Below are positions 62,146-64,000 of a stretch of DNA of 64,000 nt, piece after piece. The translations under genes were made by a program, and so were the position numbers. Location: assembly GCF_037042905.1 (NCBI RefSeq), contig NC_087259.1, forward strand, positions 9,796,001-9,860,000, given 5' to 3'. The notes below the pieces were generated by a model. It saw only the letters and a list, made by a program, of their open reading frames with translations. It searched no databases and was not told the origin of the DNA. This DNA is from Lytechinus pictus (taxonomy: Eukaryota). How positions within the stretch are numbered: position 1 is the first letter of the stretch; every line of letters starts with the position of its first letter.

Positions 62146-63990
62146 AGGCCTGGTCACACCGCCCGAGCGTTGTTGGAGCGGTCGCGGAGCGGAGAGAAAA
62201 AATCACCGCTCGCTACCATTCACCACCGTTTAACCAAAGTTGGCCTCCGTTAAGGCAACGCCGAATACGCTCGGCCACCACTGATGGTCCCTCCTACCGC
62301 TCCGAAAGTTTTGAGCTGCTCAAAATATTGCGAGCGGTGAGGAGCGGGCAATTTTCCGCTCCAGCAAAGTTGACTACCGCTCTGACAACGCCCAGTCAAA
62401 GTTTGGCACCGCTAGACGAAAGTTCGTGAACGCTTGGGTCCGCTAGGCCAACGCAGAAATCTTGAACGCTGGACAACCGCTGCTTCGCCAGCGTTGCCCG
62501 GCCGGTGATTAAACGGTTCACAAACTTTGGTGGAGCGGTTGTAAGCGTTTTCCGAGCGGACATGGGATTGCTGGAACGGTGCTGGGCGTTAAAGTAGCGA
62601 TCCATTGCGGTGATGAAACTTGGTTTAGCGTTGGTATGGAGGTGTCGGAGCGGTACCAGAATTTGGCTATAAATACGGGGAAAAATGAATAAGGAGCTCA
62701 TTTGGAATCGAAATGGGCTGATAATCCATGTTTTTTGCATTTACATGAGAAACGTTTTGATTTCCGTGGATTTCCGTTTAAATTCTATCATCATCATTTC
62801 GCCCGGTGTCTAAGCTTTAAGTCAATACCAAATTTAGCTGCCCGTTTTGCCCGTTTTTATGTTAGAGCCGATTTTACTTGAGACATCACCCCAAAAACCT
62901 GTTCAAAAACGGTCATTTTTATACCGTGCAGTCATCGCAGCGCACCGTGTGGGGTGTACATTGCCGTTCATTTTTGCAATTTTGCACGGCGGGGACGATT
63001 CCCCTTCCATTCCATGAAATTCCGGGCATAATTAATGTAAACAAAATAAAGGTTGATAACGCATATAAGGGCTACCCAGCCCTCTTCCAGAGAGAAAAGT
63101 TAATTGTAGAATAATTTCAGCCAAAAACCCTCATCATAGTAAAACATTCGTTGTGTTATATACTCTGCGTTTTAACCAAGTCTACACAGCTTGATAAAGC
63201 ACGGTTAATATTTTTCAGATTTTAAAGTATTTTTTAAATCTACTATGATCATTTTGATGCCATAAAATTATTTTCAGGATCTCACACACACTTTTTAGGC
63301 ATGTGAGAAGCATAAACCAACATTCACTTTGATCAATCTTAAAGTAACACATAACACAAAGTTAATATACTTTACATTGTTTAGCGTAATTTTTCTTTTC
63401 ACAGATAGGTTTTAAGCAGCCAATCAAAATTTGGTATCAAAGTGACGTCATATGGGCTTTAAATTATGTTCAGTCGATTCTACGCCCAAAATTACCCTTA
63501 ATCTACATGTTAAAGTAAAAATATAACACGGAAAATAATTTTGGCGCACTTTCAACTCATTTTGGCCCACTGTGCGACGCCCGCATGCGCAGAACTCCGC
63601 TCTATCAACGCTCGAGTCACCGCTAAACCAGCGCTCGCGACCGCTCGCCACCGTTAAACCAACGCTAAAGCTACGCTGGCTTCAGCGGTGCACCGCTAAG
63701 GCAACACCCATGTTTTCGATTTTTTTTCCCCCAATTTTGTGAGCGGTGACGAGCGTTGTCGAAATTCGACCCTCTCTCCCTACCGCTCCACGACCGCTCC
63801 AACAACGCTCGGGCGGTGTGACCAGGGGGGGCGTTTCATCAATATTTTTGTCCGACAAGTTGTCAGATCTGACATCTTTTCTTGATTTTGATTGGCTGAG
63901 AGGCACTGTTACTATGGTAACTGTCGGATAAAACAGGACTTGTCGGATAAAACATCCGACAAGTCCTTTCATGAAACGGTCCCAAGGCCT
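62146..63990. mobile_element. Harbinger-like non-autonomous element (~1.7 kb) with a MITE inserted in its right TIR
   Basis: TIR AGGCCTGGTCACACCGCCCGAGCGTTGTTGGAGCGGTCG is mirrored at ~63791-63825 and completed by AGGCCT at 63985-63990; flanks TAA/TTA. Confidence 0.75.
63826..63983. mobile_element. Harbinger-like MITE
   Basis: GGGGCGTTTCATC...ATGAAACGGTCCC with internal TCCGAC/GTCGGA repeats; flanked by CAG/AAG. Confidence 0.7.
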
Positions 63991-64000
63991 TTACGAAGGC

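Overview
This is AT-rich, repeat-dense eukaryotic DNA with GT-AG introns. The repeat types and gene content suggest a marine invertebrate deuterostome, probably a sea urchin (inference). There are two gene systems. (1) At 1-15.1 kb is a minus-strand tandem cluster of intronless SLC35G1-like (two EamA/DMT domains) transporters: two intact ORFs and one recent duplicate that carries three frameshifts and is split by a 4.5-kb DNA transposon. (2) At 23-64 kb is a head-to-head pair of secreted proteinase K-family (S8A) subtilase genes, each with a signal peptide, an I9 propeptide and a catalytic domain. The minus-strand copy is complete (8 exons, 383 aa); the plus-strand copy shows exons 1-4 and runs off the window. 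The pair forms a ~21-kb palindrome (35.5-56.5 kb) with only a ~110-bp central spacer. The promoter, exon 1, intron 1 and most of exon 2 are highly similar between copies, while sequence beyond the end of exon 2 is much more diverged, which suggests gene conversion between the arms. The exon boundaries match those I recall for vertebrate PCSK9, and the complete copy has unusual substitutions around the oxyanion Asn and the catalytic Ser. The rest is MITEs (Tc1-, Kolobok-, hAT- and Harbinger-like), tRNA-derived SINEs, LINE tails and mini/microsatellites. All alignments and counts were done by eye, and TE superfamily labels are inferred from TIR/TSD patterns only.
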